A DNA stretch of 64,000 nucleotides from Malacoraja senta (GCA_038087875.1 CM075977.1:40548001-40612000); one strand, 5' to 3'. Numbered from the stretch's first letter, positions 14,150-27,370 are shown. Made by a program: numbers and translations. Notes: generated by a model not told the origin, from the letters alone.

Positions 14150-16900
14150 AGGTAGAGGTAACAGAGACAGCGTCGCATAGGAATCCAATTGGGGATACTG
14201 ATCTATTTGACTTTCAAGAAGGATGGGCAGGAAGGAAAATGTACTTGGTGGCACTGTTAATAAACGATGAAGTAAGTGCAGCTTGAAAGGCAATTTAGAT
14301 TCAGAAGGTGTTAAAGAAGGAACTGCAGATGCTGGAAAATCGAAGGTACACAAAAATGCTGGAGAAACTCAGCGGGTGCAGCAGCATCTATGGAGCGAAG
14401 GAAATGGGCAACGTTTCGGGCCGAAACCCTTCTTCAGATATTGGCCGAAACCCTTATATTGTATGGCTCTAAAATATAAGGGGGATGTCTGAAGAAGGAT
14501 TTCGGCCCGAAACGTTGCCTATTTCCTTCGCTCCATAGATGCTGCTGCACCCGCTGAGTTTCTCCAGCATTTTTGTGTACCTTAGATTCAGAAGGTGTTG
14601 ATTCCATTTGGGTGGAAGTCAAAAGTAGCAATGAGGACAAGACAAGCTATCGATAGGAGTGGTGAGTAGACCGCGATGTGGGAAAAGATATAAATCAACA
14701 AAGAATGGCATATGTAAAGAAAAGTCAGACTTTAGTCTTCTTGTAGATTGGATTAATCGAGACAGAAAGGGTAGCTAAGATAACAGATTTATAATGTGCA
14801 TGTAATATAACTTCCTGGAGCAATATGAAGTTAATGAGAGAATAGGCTATCTTGGAAGCAGGTGATGAATAAGCTGAAGAAATGACTTCAGAATCAGTGA
14901 TCATAGTATTTGTTTATCTAAGTGTATATTCAGTTTGAAATCAAGAAATACGGCTCAGAAAAAAATGTTTAACAAAAATAAATTTAATTAGCATAGAATT
15001 AGGATTGAGCTGACACAGGTGGACTGTGCAAATGCCTCAGTAGGAAAGGTAGTAGGCAAGCAGTGGCAGATACTAAAGCAGGTAATTCATATGTATGGCC
15101 ACCCTACTGTAGCAGAGATACTATTAAGCTGGAAAGAATAGAGAGAAGATTTATGAGGATATTGCCAGGACTCGAGGCCCTGCGCTACAGGTTGGGCAGG
15201 CTGAGTTTATTCGCAGAAGACAGGGGTGATCCTATCATGGTATATAAAATAATGAATGCACGGAACAGAATGGGATTCAAGAACTAGGGGCATATAATTA
15301 ATGGGGAGAGCTGAAAGATTTAATAGGAATCTGAGGGGCGACCTTTCACACAAGGGGTGGTGGGTATACGAAATGAGCTGCCAGACGGAGTAGTTGATTC
15401 AGGTGCAATAAAAACATTTTAAAAACATATTGACAGGTATATGGATCGGAAAGATTCAGAGGGATATGGACTGGCTTGGGGAATTGGGACTAGCATCTCT
15501 AGCAATGGGCATCTCGGTTGGCTTGGACGAGTTGAGCTGAAGGGCCTGATTCCTTGTTATATGATTGTATGGTTCTAAAATATAAGGGGGGCGTTACATT
15601 GAAAAAGATAATAAATCAGGAGGCAAAAGCTAAACGTAGACGTGATAAATTAGATATATTTAGAATCAAGCAAAGGATGAGAGAAAGGATAACAAAGAGA
15701 GAGAATAAACTTTATGGGAAAACTTGCAAGATACATAGGAATTTAAAAATAAGTTTTTTTACGTATAAGAAAAGGAAGCTAGAGGTTCAAGTAAACATTG
15801 TCACCCACACTCCCCTGCCTCTGTCCAGAGAATGAGGCTGGGAAATCGTAATGGAAAATAAGCAAAATTTCTTTCAAATATCTATTTCCACCTGAAATAT
15901 ATCTAATGATATGACCTCCATCACCGTTGGCAGCAGAGAATTCCAGAGATTCACTACACTCCGAGAGAATAAATTTCTCGGCAACTCAGATTTAAATGAC
16001 TGATCCTTTATGCCCCTTTGAGAGTGGAAACAAGTCAACATCTACCATGGCGACCTTCCTTATGATCTTAAATACTTAAATAAGGTCATCTACCATTCCT
16101 CAAGGAATGCAGTCCCAAATTGTCTAATCTCCTTTGGTAGGATGGCTTTCTCAGGAATTAGCCTGGTGAATCTCCTTTGGACTCCTTTTAGTTAAGGGGG
16201 CCAAAACTGTGCACGGTATTTCAGATTTGGCCTCAACAACACCCTGTGCAATTGTAATAAAACTCCAATATTCTTAATCTCCAACCCCTGTACAATGAAA
16301 GACAACATGCTGTTTGACTTCTTACTTATTTATTGAATGCCTGCTAGCTTTTTGTGATGAATGCACTGGAACATCTCTGAACATTCATTTGCCATTTCTC
16401 CTATTTAGACAACAATTAGCCTTTTGATTTCTCTTACATATGTGCACAGCATCACGCTTCCAGACATTAAATTCCATTTGCCAGGTTTTCATAAATTCAC
16501 TCAATCTATCTAGTTGCACAATCACAGTGTTTTTATTACAACATTCCTGACCACCTAGTTTTGTATCATTAAAAAACAGTATCATTCCTTCCTCTGGGTC
16601 ACATGCAAATAATGGACAATTGCAGGCTGATTAATGATCCCTGGGGAACTCCACCAGTTATGTCATTCCAGTCTGAAAGTGATCCATTTCCCTGCTTTCT
16701 ATGAGGCAATCCATGATCACACACTTCCTCCAATACTTTGGCCTTTTAACTTATGCATCAGCCTCTTATATAGCACTTTGTCAAATGCACTTTAGACATC
16801 TAAATATACACAATCGTATACACATCTATATCTACACATTCCGTTCTATGAACTCTCCCTGTCACAATGTCAATGAATTTGAGCAAATTTATCAAATATG
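14150..16900. mobile_element. Old degraded CR1 relics (plus strand ~14150-15850, minus strand ~15900-16900)
   Basis: Remnants such as SIWVEV, RDTIKLERIERRFMRILPGL and DTKLGG...WQMEFNV.K with many stops. Confidence 0.65.
14313..14581. mobile_element. Penelope-derived inverted-repeat insertion with an 18-bp TSD
   Basis: Arms ~14345-14437 and ~14489-14581 are reverse complements. TSD TTAGATTCAGAAGGTGTT at 14295-14312 and 14582-14599. It interrupts an old CR1 endonuclease relic. Confidence 0.85.
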
Positions 16901-18999
16901 ATTTACCTTTCATAAAGCCATATGGTGCAGTTTGATGCTATTTGTCTTTTGAAAATGATCAGTTATTTGTTTTTTGATTTTTAACTCTAACATCTTTCCA
17001 GCAAAAGATGATAAACCAATTGCCCTATGCTTCACCATTGTCGGTCTTGAACAGAGTCTCATTGGCTGTTTTCCAATTTTCTGGTTCCCTCCATGAAACT
17101 AATGAGTTCTAATAATGTTCAACCAATAAGTCCAGTGTCTCTGAATTCCTTTAAATTCTTGGGTCTAAGCCATCAGGTCCCAGCAATTTGTTTGCCTTTT
17201 GCCTTATGAGTTTCTTGAATTATTGCAAGTTCCTCCATGTCACTTAAACTTGGTCAATCTTTTATCTATGGGATATTTAGAGTGTCCTCTGTGATGAAGA
17301 CTGATGTCAAAAAATGATATAACATATATATGACATTTATTTGTTTCCTGTTATTAATTCAACAGCATCTCTCTAGAGGTTCCACACTTGTGTTAGACAC
17401 TTTCTTCCTATTGATATATAGAAATGCTTAGCGTTTGTTTTGATATCACAAACATGCTTTTTCCCAAAATGTATTTACTCTTTTCTTTTGAACTTTCTAA
17501 CCTTTCGCTATTGGATCCTAAAAAAAAACCTGTCCTCTGGGCCATCATCAGGGAAAGAAGGGGAATTTGTAAGCAACCAACCTATTGGCATTTTTGAGAA
17601 AGCCTGACAAAAATTGACATTTTTGAGGAAGAATGCATAGAAGGAATCTGTAGATATTTTTAGTGTTTAGACTTCCAGAAGCCATTTGACAAAAATACCT
17701 CACAAAAGATTAAATCACAAAATAAGTGCCCATGATATTGCCATAAATAGAGGACTTACTAAAAGGCAGGAAGCAGTGTGTAGCGATAAGGACCAGCAGG
17801 AACAGTAGAAGCAGATATAGGGTTTCAGGTACCAAGAACACAGAACCAGGTGCAATGTGTTAGGTACAGATAATTGCATAAAGGGTATACAAGAATCAAG
17901 CAATGGTATCAGCTAGTTACAATATTGGTATGCATTATCAGGGACTGGGTATTGGTTGCAGGTTTTTAGGTCCAGAGTATCAGAGTCCCAGCTACAAAGT
18001 GTTACGGGTAGGGTCTCAGAGGCAGGGTTCAGCTGTGCTATCAAGAACAAACCATCAGCGTTAGGGTATTAGGAACTGTGTCAGTTATAGATGAGTACGG
18101 GGTATTAGCATTTGTTAGGAAACAGTTCTCATTAACTATTTGGCATGCTCCAGTATACAAGGAATATTAATGTTAATATGTCATATTCATTCATCAGGGT
18201 GCTCACTTTGAGGAAGCATGCTGAAAAGAAGTTGGGACTGGTTCTATTCCCACAGAAAGCACTTTAACCAAGATTTTAAATGGTGGAGAATAGTCATTTC
18301 CTCTGGCTGCGATATTAATGTCAGAGAGTTTTGAATATATAATTCTTACCTAAATAGTGTGGAATGGTGATGGGGATGTGATGATTATGAAATAAATTTT
18401 CACACTCGGGAATATTGATGCATGGAGTGTGTCTTTAAAGTGGTTGAGGCAGAGATTGTTGCTTTTGGGATAATCTAATTCTGGATTTGTATTAATGGTT
18501 TCCATGATAAACTGTGAAAAATGTGCCTTCCAGATGTACAACTGAGCAGTAGCTGACAAGACCAAATGGGCTGATGACTATATTGATAGAATATTTCAGC
18601 TGATGTAAACATTGCCACTAATATGATGGAAGCTTTCTCTGCACCTATCTGCTGGATTACTTGTACATGAAGTCATGCTTTGGTCTAAAAACACAACACA
18701 CATTTCATTTCCTCATTGTGTTGATATGAAGAGACTTGCTGTGCTGAGATCTTTCAGTATGAAGGAGGCTGATAGACTCTGGCTTTTCATCTCCAGATGC
18801 ATCACCCAATCAAAATAGTCCACACCCCTGTGGAAGTGAAGTTAGATGCAAAATATAAATCACTAATTAGAACCATGTTTTACAGTGCCCCAGACTAAAT
18901 ATGAAGTTTCCACAAATTATGATTTGAACCATGAACCCAATAAATAAATGCCAATGATCACCTCTTCCCGTTCTCCTCAGGCAGTCACCTAGGGTTGTG

Positions 19000-19676
19000 G
19001 TCGACTTGGTTCCATTCTGATTTTGTGGGTTCTGAGGTGGCTAATGAGACCAGAGGTGGCTGACAGGGCAGGTGGGGTGGGTCGTTTATGAGGTGTTGCA
19101 ATTTACACAGTATCTCTGCGTAGACCCAGTGCATGGCCTGAAGGTTCCCAATGCAACCCAAATGGTCATTCCCCATCTTGAGCAGTCATTTGCTACAGAT
19201 CCATAGATGTCGGTGGGGAAGTTGCATTCCTTTATGGAGGTTTTAACCACATCCTTGCATCTCCTCTTCCATCCACCTGATAATCTCTTCCCATGTAGAG
19301 TTCAGAATAGAGCCTCTTCTGAGAATTTGTCCTCAGATCTATGAATGCAGTGGCTGGCCCAATAGGTCTGATCTTGGGCCTGTGATATGGGGTGTGGGCC
19401 TGGGAGAGGACACTGTCATTGGCCACTTACCATTCCAGCGAAATGGAAGAACATTGCGAAGAAGCCTTCGGTTTTATTTTTCCTTGTGAGACCTGCTGTA
19501 GCAGTTCAGGATTCAGAGGTATATGTGAGGCCATGCATGCTGCCTGTGGAGTCCAATCTGATCCTACCCTTCAGTGCTGTCCGTGAGGAGTTTTCATGCT
19601 CTTTCTTTGGCAGTTTGGGGTTCCTTCAGGTGCTTCAATTTCACATGCCATGGGCTGTGTTGATTCATTAACTGGC
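19000..19676 (-). mobile_element. Degenerate RTE-clade LINE fragment
   Basis: The minus-strand remnant LYSELYMG.. resembles the RTE/BovB C-terminal LYGEL..G.R motif. It is heavily frameshifted. Confidence 0.5.
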
Positions 19677-19692
19677 TTGCCCCCAATGTAAG

Positions 19693-19790
19693 GTACACAA
19701 AAATGCTGGAGAAACTCAGCGGGTGCAGCAGCATCTATGGAGCGAAGGAAATAGGCAACGTTTCGGGCCGAACCCCTTCTTCAGACCTAG
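19693..19790 (-). mobile_element. 98-bp Penelope-derived short element with hammerhead-like core and ~15-bp TSD
   Basis: Flanked by TTGCCCC(C)AATGTAAG at 19677-19692 and 19791-19805. The minus strand contains CTGAAGA-A-GGG-GTTCGG-CCC-GAAAC-GTT. Confidence 0.75.
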
Positions 19791-20254
19791 TTGCCCCAAT
19801 GTAAGTGGATACAAAAGAGAATAGATTACAGGGAAGTAAGTGAAGGTATGGATAAACTCGATGGTTCAAATAGCCTCATTCAATATTGTAAGTGAAAATA
19901 AGACAATAAAACTAGGACAACGACAACGAGGTGGAAGTGGCAGTCAATAAAGAAACTATTGCGGTGTATTTTCTTGCAAAAGGTGGGTTTATAACTATGC
20001 TGCCCAACCAGAAAGTAATGTTGGAGGTGAGATGTGAGAATAATAAACCAAACTAAGTGCATTAAGTCGGCCGACTGTCCCCTGCTGTTTTGGAGGAGCG
20101 ACATTTCTGTCGCTCGGATTTCTGTGGAACAATCGAGACATTTCCGCTGAGGGAAAAGGTTCCCTCTCATTAAATTCTGGATTGAGTGCAACGGGATCAT
20201 CGCGGTTGGGGAGACGTGCTCGCCTGGTCCAGAGATACGCTCACAGCTGCTTTA

Positions 20255-20621
20255 ATGGGGTTTTACCATGAGAGGATCACACCGACTGATATCCGAGGTA
20301 AGTTCCGGAGTTATTTAACACGCCAGAACCGGACTGAGAAAGGCATTGTGCTAATTTTAAACACGGCGACGCGCTCCCAGCACCAATCCACGGCATCATA
20401 TACTCGAGACGCAGTCAGACCGCCTCGCCCTAGCGTCAGCTCCGGGCGGTAAAACCGCCTCAAACATCAGCTCAGGTGTCGAGTCCGACGGTCTGATCCC
20501 TCCTCCAAATTACGGGAAGTCACGCATCCTGCAAGTCGCCTTTCAGAATCAAACCTTCGGTGGAAAAAGGCTTCGAGCAGGCGACTTAAATAAGTCACGA
20601 AAGACCGCAATGCTAGAATAA
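20255..20621 (+). pseudogene. Possible decayed TRGV pseudogene, truncated by a repeat cluster
   Basis: CAGCTG, then ATG, a 43-nt exon, donor gtaagt, an 83-nt intron and a cag acceptor. A shifted frame then reads ...LASAPGGKT...GVESD...RIL...FGGK...LNKSRKTAMLE, colinear with motifs of the two real V exons. Both Cys, the Trp and the RSS are absent, and the leader is not hydrophobic. Confidence 0.3.
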
Positions 20622-20689
20622 GAAGGGTCCCGGGGCGAAACGTCGTTCTGTCCATTTCCTCCACAGATGCTGTCTGACCCGCTGAGTTT

Positions 20690-23600
20690 GCCACGGTGGA
20701 TATGCAATGGAAGGCATTTAAAGACTGCATGGATGAACTACAACAATTGTACATCCCAGTTTGGCAAAAGAATAAATCAGGGAAGGTAGTGCATCCGTGG
20801 ATAACAAGGGAAATCAGGGATAGTATCAAAACAAAAGATGAAGCATACAAATTAGCCAGAAAAAGCAGCCTACCAGAGGACTGGGAGAAATTCATTAGAG
20901 GAGGACAAAGGGCTTAATTAGGAAAGGGAAAATAGATTATGAAAGAAAACTGGCAAGGAACATAAAAATTGACTGCAAAAGTTTTTATAGATATGTGAAG
21001 AGAAAAAGATTAGTTAAAACAAATGTAGGTCCCTTGCAGTCAGAAACAGGTGAATTGATCATGGGGAACAAGGACATGGCAGACCAATTGAATAACTACT
21101 TTGGTTCTGCCTTCACTAAGGAAGACATAAATAATCTGCCGGAAATAGCAGGGGACCGGGGGTCAAATGAGATGGAGGAACTGAGTGAAATCCAGGTTAG
21201 TCGGGAAGTGGTGTTAGGTAAATTGAATGGATTAAAGGCCGATAAATCCCCAGGGCCAGATAGGCTGCATCCCAGAGTACTTAAGGAAGTAGCCCCAGAA
21301 TAGTGGATGCATTAGTGATAATTTTTCAAAACTCTTTAGATTCTGGAGTAGTTCCTGAGGATTGGAGGATAGCTAATGTAACCCCACTGTTTAAAAAGGG
21401 AGTGAGAGAGAAAACGGGGGAATTACAGACCAGTTAGTCTAACATCGGTAGTGGGGAAAATGCTAGAGTCAGTTATTAAAGATGGGATAGCAGCACATTT
21501 GGAAAGTGGTGAAATCATTGGACAAAGTCAGCATGGATTTATGAAAGGTAAATCATGTCTGATGAAACTTATAGTAGAGTGGATAAGGGAGAACTAGTGG
21601 ATGTGTTATATCTGGGCTTTCAGAAGGCTTTTGACAAGGTCCCACATAAGAGATTAGTATGCAAACTTAAAGTACACGGTAATGGGGGTTCAGTATTGAT
21701 GTGGATAGAGAACTGACTGGCAGACAGGAAGCAAGGAGTAGGAGTAAACGGGTCCTTTTCAGAATGGCAGGCAGTGAGTAGTGGGCTACAGCAAGGCTCA
21801 GTGCTGGGACCCCAGCTATTTACAATATATATTAATGATTTGGACGAGGGAATTGAATGCAACATCTCAAAGTTTGCAGATGACACAAAGCTGGGGGGTG
21901 GTGTTAGCTGTGAGGAGAATGCTAGGAGGCTGCAAGGTGACTTGGATAGGTTGGGCGAGTGGGCAAATGCATGGCAGATGCAGTATAATGTGGATAAATG
22001 TGAGGTTATCCACTTTGGAGGCAAGAACAGGAAAGTAGACTATTATCTGAATGGTGGCCGATTAGGAAAAGGGGAGATGCAACGAGACCTGGATGTCATG
22101 GTACACCAGTCGTTGAAAGTAGGCATGCAGGTGCAGCAGGCAGTGAAGAAAGCGAATGGTATGTTAGCATTCATAACAAAAGGATTTGAGTATAGGAGCA
22201 GGGAGGTTCTACTGCAGTTGTACAGGGCCTTGGTGAGACCACACCTGGAGTATTGTGTACAGTTTTGGTCTCCTAATCTGAGGAAAGACATTCTTGCCAT
22301 AGAGGGAGTACAGAGAAGGTTCACCAGACTGATTCCTGGGATGGCAGGACTTTCATATGAAGAAAGACTGGATAGACTCGGCTTGTACTCACTAGAATTT
22401 AGAAGATTGAGGGGGGGCTTATAGAAACTTACAAAATTCTTAAGGGGTTGGACAGGCTAGATGCAGGAAGATTGTTCAGGAGGGATAGAGAGAAAGGAAA
22501 AGGAGGTGGGGTAGTGTTGCTGGTTAGAGAGGAGATTAACGCAGTGGAAAGGAAGGACATTAGCTTGGAGGATGTGGAATCGGTATGGGTAGAGCTGCGA
22601 AACACTAAGGGGCAGAAAACGCTGGTGGGTGTTGTATACAGGCCACCTAGCAGTAGTAGTGAAGTTGGGGATGGCATCAAACAGGAAATTAGAAATGCGT
22701 GCGACAAAGGCAAAACAGTTATAATGGGTGACTTCAATCTACATATAGATTGGGTGAATCAAATTGGCAGGGGTGCTGAGGAAGAGGATTTCTTGGAATG
22801 TATGCGGGATAGTTATCTAAATCAACATGTAGAGGAACCAACGAGAGAGCAGGCTATTTGAGACTGGGTATTGAGTAATGAGGAAGGGTTAGTTAGCAGT
22901 CTTGTTGTACGTGCCCCCTTGGGCAAGAGTGACCATAATATGGTTGAGTTCTTCATTAGGATGGAGAGTGACATTGTTAATTCAGAAACAATGGTTCTGA
23001 ACTTAAAGAAAGGTAACTTTGAGGGTATGAGACATGAACTGGCAATTAATTCTAAAAGGGTTGACGGTGGACATGCAATGGAAGACATTTAAAGACTGCA
23101 TGGATGAACTACAAAAATTGTTCATCCCAGTTTGGCAAAAGAATAAATCAGGGAAGGTAGTGCATCCGTGGATAACAAGGGAAATCAGCGATGGTATCAA
23201 AGCGAAAGATGATGCGTACAAATTAGCCAGAAAAAGCAGCATACCAGAGGACTGGGAGAAATTCAGAGACAAGCAGAGGAGGACAAAGGGCTTAATTATG
23301 AAAGGAAAAATAGATTATGAAAGAAAACTGGCAGGGAACATAAAAACTGACTGCAAAAGTTTTTATAAATATGTAAAAAGAAAGAGATTAGTTAGAACAA
23401 ATGTAGGTCCCTTGCAGTCAGAAACAGGTGAGTTGATCATGGGGAACAAGGATATGGCGGACCAATTGAATAACTACTTTGGTTCCGTCTTCACTAAGGA
23501 AGACATAAATAATCTGCCGGAAATAGCAGGGGACCGCGGGTCAAAGGAGTTGGAGGAATTGAGTGAAATCCAGGTTAGTCGGGAAGTGGTTTTGGGTAAA

Positions 23601-25535
23601 TTGAATGGATTAAAGGCCGATAAATCCCCAGGGCCAGATAGGCTGCATCCCAGAGTACTTAAGGAAGTAGCTCCAGAAATAGTGGATGCATTAGTAATAA
23701 TCTTTCAAAATTCTTTAGATTCTGGAGTAGTTCCTGAGGATTGGCGGGTAGCAAAAGTAACCCCACTTTTTAAAAAGGGAGGGAGAGAGAAAACAGGGAA
23801 TTGCAGACCAGTTAGTCTAACATCGGTAGTGGGGAAACTGTTAGAGTCAGTTATTAAAGATGGGATAGCAGCACATTTGGAAAGTGGTGAAATCATTGGA
23901 CAAAGTCAGCATGGATTTACGAAAGGTAAATCATGTCTGACGAATCTTATAGAATTTTTCGAGGATGTAACTAGTAGCGTGGATAGGGGAGAACCAGTGG
24001 ATGTGGTGTATCTGGACTTCCAGAAGGCTTTCGACAAGGTCCCACATAAGAGATTAGTATACAAACTTAAAGCACATGGCATTGGGGGTTCAGTATTGAT
24101 GTGGATAGAGAACTGGCTGGCAAACAGGAAGCAAAGAGTAGGAGTAAACGGGTCCTTTTCACAATGGCAGGCAGTGACTAGTGGGGTACCGCAAGGCTCA
24201 GTGCTGGGACCCCAGCTATTTACAATATATATTAATGACCTGGATGAGGAAATTGAAGGCAATATCTCCAAGTTTGCGGATGACACTAAGCTGGGGGGCA
24301 GTGTTAGCTGTGAGGAGGATGCTAGGAGACTGCAAGGTGACTTGGATAGGCTGGGTGAGTGGGCAAATGTTTGGCAGATGCAGTATAATGTGGATAAATG
24401 TGAGGTTATCCATTTTGGTGGCAAAAACAGGAAAGCAGACTATTTTCTAAATGGTGGCCGACTAGGAAAAGGGGAGATGCAGCGAGACCTGGGTGTCATG
24501 GTACACCAGTCATTGAAAGTAGGCATGCAGGTGCAGCAGGCAGTGAAGAAAGCGAATGGTATGTTAGCTTTCATAGCAAAAGGATTTGAGTATAGGAGCA
24601 GGGAGGTTCTACTGCAGTTGTACAGGGTCTTGGTGAGACCACACCTGGAGTATTGCGTACAGTTTTGGTCTCCAAATCTGAGGAAGGACATTATTGCCAT
24701 AGAGGGAGTGCAGAGAAGGTTCACCAGACTGATTCCTGGGATGTCAGGACTGTCTTATGAAGAAAGACTGGATAGACTTGGTTTATACTCTCTAGAATTT
24801 AGGAGATTGAGAGGGGATCTTATAGAAACTTACAAAATTCTTAAGGGGTTGGACAGGCTAGATGCAGGAAGATTGCTCCCGATGTTGGGGAAGTCCAGGA
24901 TAAGGGGTCACAGCTTAAGGATAAGGGGGAAATCCTTTAAAACCGAGATGAGAACTTTTTTCACACAGAGAGTGGTGAATCTCTGGAACTCTCTGCCACA
25001 GAGGGTAGTCGAGGCCAGTTCATTGGCTATATTTAAGAGGGAGCTAGATGTGGCCCTTGTGGCTAAAGGGATCAGAGGGTATGGAGATAAGGCAGGTACG
25101 GGATACTGAGTTGGATGATCAGCCATGATCATATTGAATGGCGGTGCAGGCTCGAAGGGCCGAATGGCCTACTCCTGCACCTAATTTCTATGTTTCTATG
25201 TTTCTATGTTCCCGATGTTGGGGAAGTCCAGAACAAGGGGTCACAGTTTAAGGATAAGGGCAAAGTCTTTTTGGACTGAGATGAGAAAAACATTTTTCAC
25301 ACAGAGAGTGGTGAATCTCTGGAATTCTCTGCCACAGAAGGTAGCTGAGGCCAGTTCATTGGCTATATTTAAGAGGGAGTTAGATGTGGCCTTTGTGGCT
25401 AAAGGGATCAGGGGGTATGGAGAGAAGGGAGGTACAGGACACTGAGTTGGATGATCAGCCATGATCATATTGAATGGCGGTGCAGCGTCGAAGGGCCGAA
25501 TGGCCTACTCCTGCACCTATTTTCTATGTTTCTAA
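20690..25535 (+). mobile_element. 5'-truncated CR1 host copy (20690-22477 plus 25208-25535), split by a second CR1
   Basis: ORF2 fragments 20696-22424 stop at ...gcaggaagattgttc and resume at ttcccgatgttgggg (25209), with their own tail at ~25520-25535. Confidence 0.9.
22478..25207 (+). mobile_element. Nested younger CR1 (5'-truncated within the APE domain, 691-aa open RT ORF)
   Basis: It starts in the endonuclease region (FRRDREKGKGGGV). ORF 23034-25109 is intact through RT, and the tail is (TTTCTATG)3. TGTTC is present at both junctions. Confidence 0.92.
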
Positions 25536-26899
25536 GTAGCCAGTATAAACAGGTGGGGAGAGGGCTAGGGCAAGGACTAGCAAGCGATAGATGGATACAG
25601 GTGAGGAGGTTGATTGGCAGGTAACAGGTGGAGAGAAGAGTGGAGATGGCAACAGAGACTGGGAGGTGATAAGTTGAAAGCTAATTTCAGCTGATTCTGG
25701 AATTGATAGGAAAGGAAGGTGAAGAATGGAACTGAGTGAGAGGTGGCGGCAGATGGAAGCAACAGAGGGAGGGGAGGGGAGGGGTGAAATACTGCGTTCC
25801 AGTTCTCTTGATTGAAATCTTATTAACATATCCCGGCCAGAGGCTCGGGTGGAAGTTTGGACGAGATGCAGCGCGGGCATGCTCGCATCTCTGCACAGCA
25901 AGGAAACAGTCCCTTCGGCCCGTCTCGTCCATTCAAGCAACGTCAGTTCACTCCAGTCTGTCCGCGAACCTGGACGAGAGGAAGTGTGAAATAACATCCA
26001 TAAATATGCTCGGTTCTTAAACTTACTGTGCAATAAATAAATAAATAACCCCCATCCGGGAACATGCATAAAATATTAACTAAATTAATCCGGAGATTGT
26101 ACAAATAAATTCACCACTGACTAATGGGCCGGATTATCAAACAAACGCCCTTGACATGCGGAGATACAAATCGAAGGACAAAATAGACTGTCAGAGTTGT
26201 TATTTGTTTTCTCTTACCCTATGTTTGTCCCGTCTCAAAAGCCTTACTTCACACTGAACGCTACTATCTTTGTTTCAATAAAACCAGAACTTCCTTCAGT
26301 GGAGCAGTTGGTGCCACAATTCCACAGGGTTTAGGTTATTTTTAGAGAACTCTGCGGTGTGTTCAAGACCTAAGGCAGCCCCGCAAAGCGTCAGGGACTC
26401 CAGTAATGACAACGGCCCGTTATGTTTCTGGGGAACGAAACTTAAATAAAATTACGCGCCGACTGGTGAGGCTGCGTACTTTCCTCCTTCATAAAAAAAA
26501 ATCAACGTAAAAACAAAATAAACCAAAGCTGAGTTAAGGGGTTGGTGGGAGGGGGTGCATTCCCTTGCATGTACGCTATTCATATTATTCTCATATTTAT
26601 TTATGACAGTTCAGCCCATCGAGTCCGTGCGGTTCTGGGAACAATCTCATATTCCCACCATTGAGGGAGGGGAATAGTGGTGAGCAGCCTTCCCACTTGG
26701 TGCATAATCGAGCATTCCCTTTGCTCTCGCACCACCCGTCGACACCAGGGGCAATTTACAGCGGCCAATCAACCCACGAGGTAACATGTTTTGGGATGTG
26801 GGGGAATCCGAGCACACGGCGGAAACCTATGGAGTCATGGAGGAACATTGCCACCAGCTATCGGGCCATTGAGTCAGATGTTGGAACAGGTCGTCGGGA

Positions 26900-27370
26900 G
26901 TAGCTGGGAGAAAGACCCATGAGGGGAAGGTGGGTGACGTGGCAGAGTGGGATGTGAGGAGTGTGATGATAGCGACGGTGGGAGAGATGGGAGAGGAGAT
27001 TGGGAGCAGGGTCAAAGAAGGTGAATATGGTGAGGTGAAATTGGGAAATGGGGGATGGGACAGGGAGATGGGGGTAGGCTGGGGGAAGATGAAGAGCAAA
27101 TGGTGAGAGAGAGAGAGATGGGGAGATGGGAAATGGACGGTGATGTGGAGATGGGGAGACGGGAGGAGGGAATGTAGAGGGGAAGAGTGAGGAACATGGT
27201 GAGGGAAAATGGGGATGCATAGTGGGGGGGAAAGTGAGGGGGAGATGGGGAGACGGGAGGGGAAGAGGGGGAAAGGGGAGAAATGGGGAGCAGGGTGGGA
27301 GGATGGGAGGGAGGAATAGGGAATGGGAATGGGAAGATGAGAAAGGGAGGTGAGAGATGAGCGACTCGGG
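26900..27370. repeat. Purine-rich (GA-rich) low-complexity tract
   Basis: Degenerate GGGGAGAT/GGGAGG repeats. It generates Pro/Ser/Leu-rich spurious minus-strand ORFs. Confidence 0.85.

Noticed and set aside
20255-20300. Possible J segment (GGGGTTTTA-12-CACACCG before a gtaag donor)
   Set aside because: The heptamer and nonamer match poorly and there is no FGxG motif.
26340-26440. Sequence faintly resembling a V FR3 end (gac-acggcccgttat..tctgg) and TYCA at ~26021
   Set aside because: It needs several indels, has in-frame stops and has no RSS. It is indistinguishable from chance.
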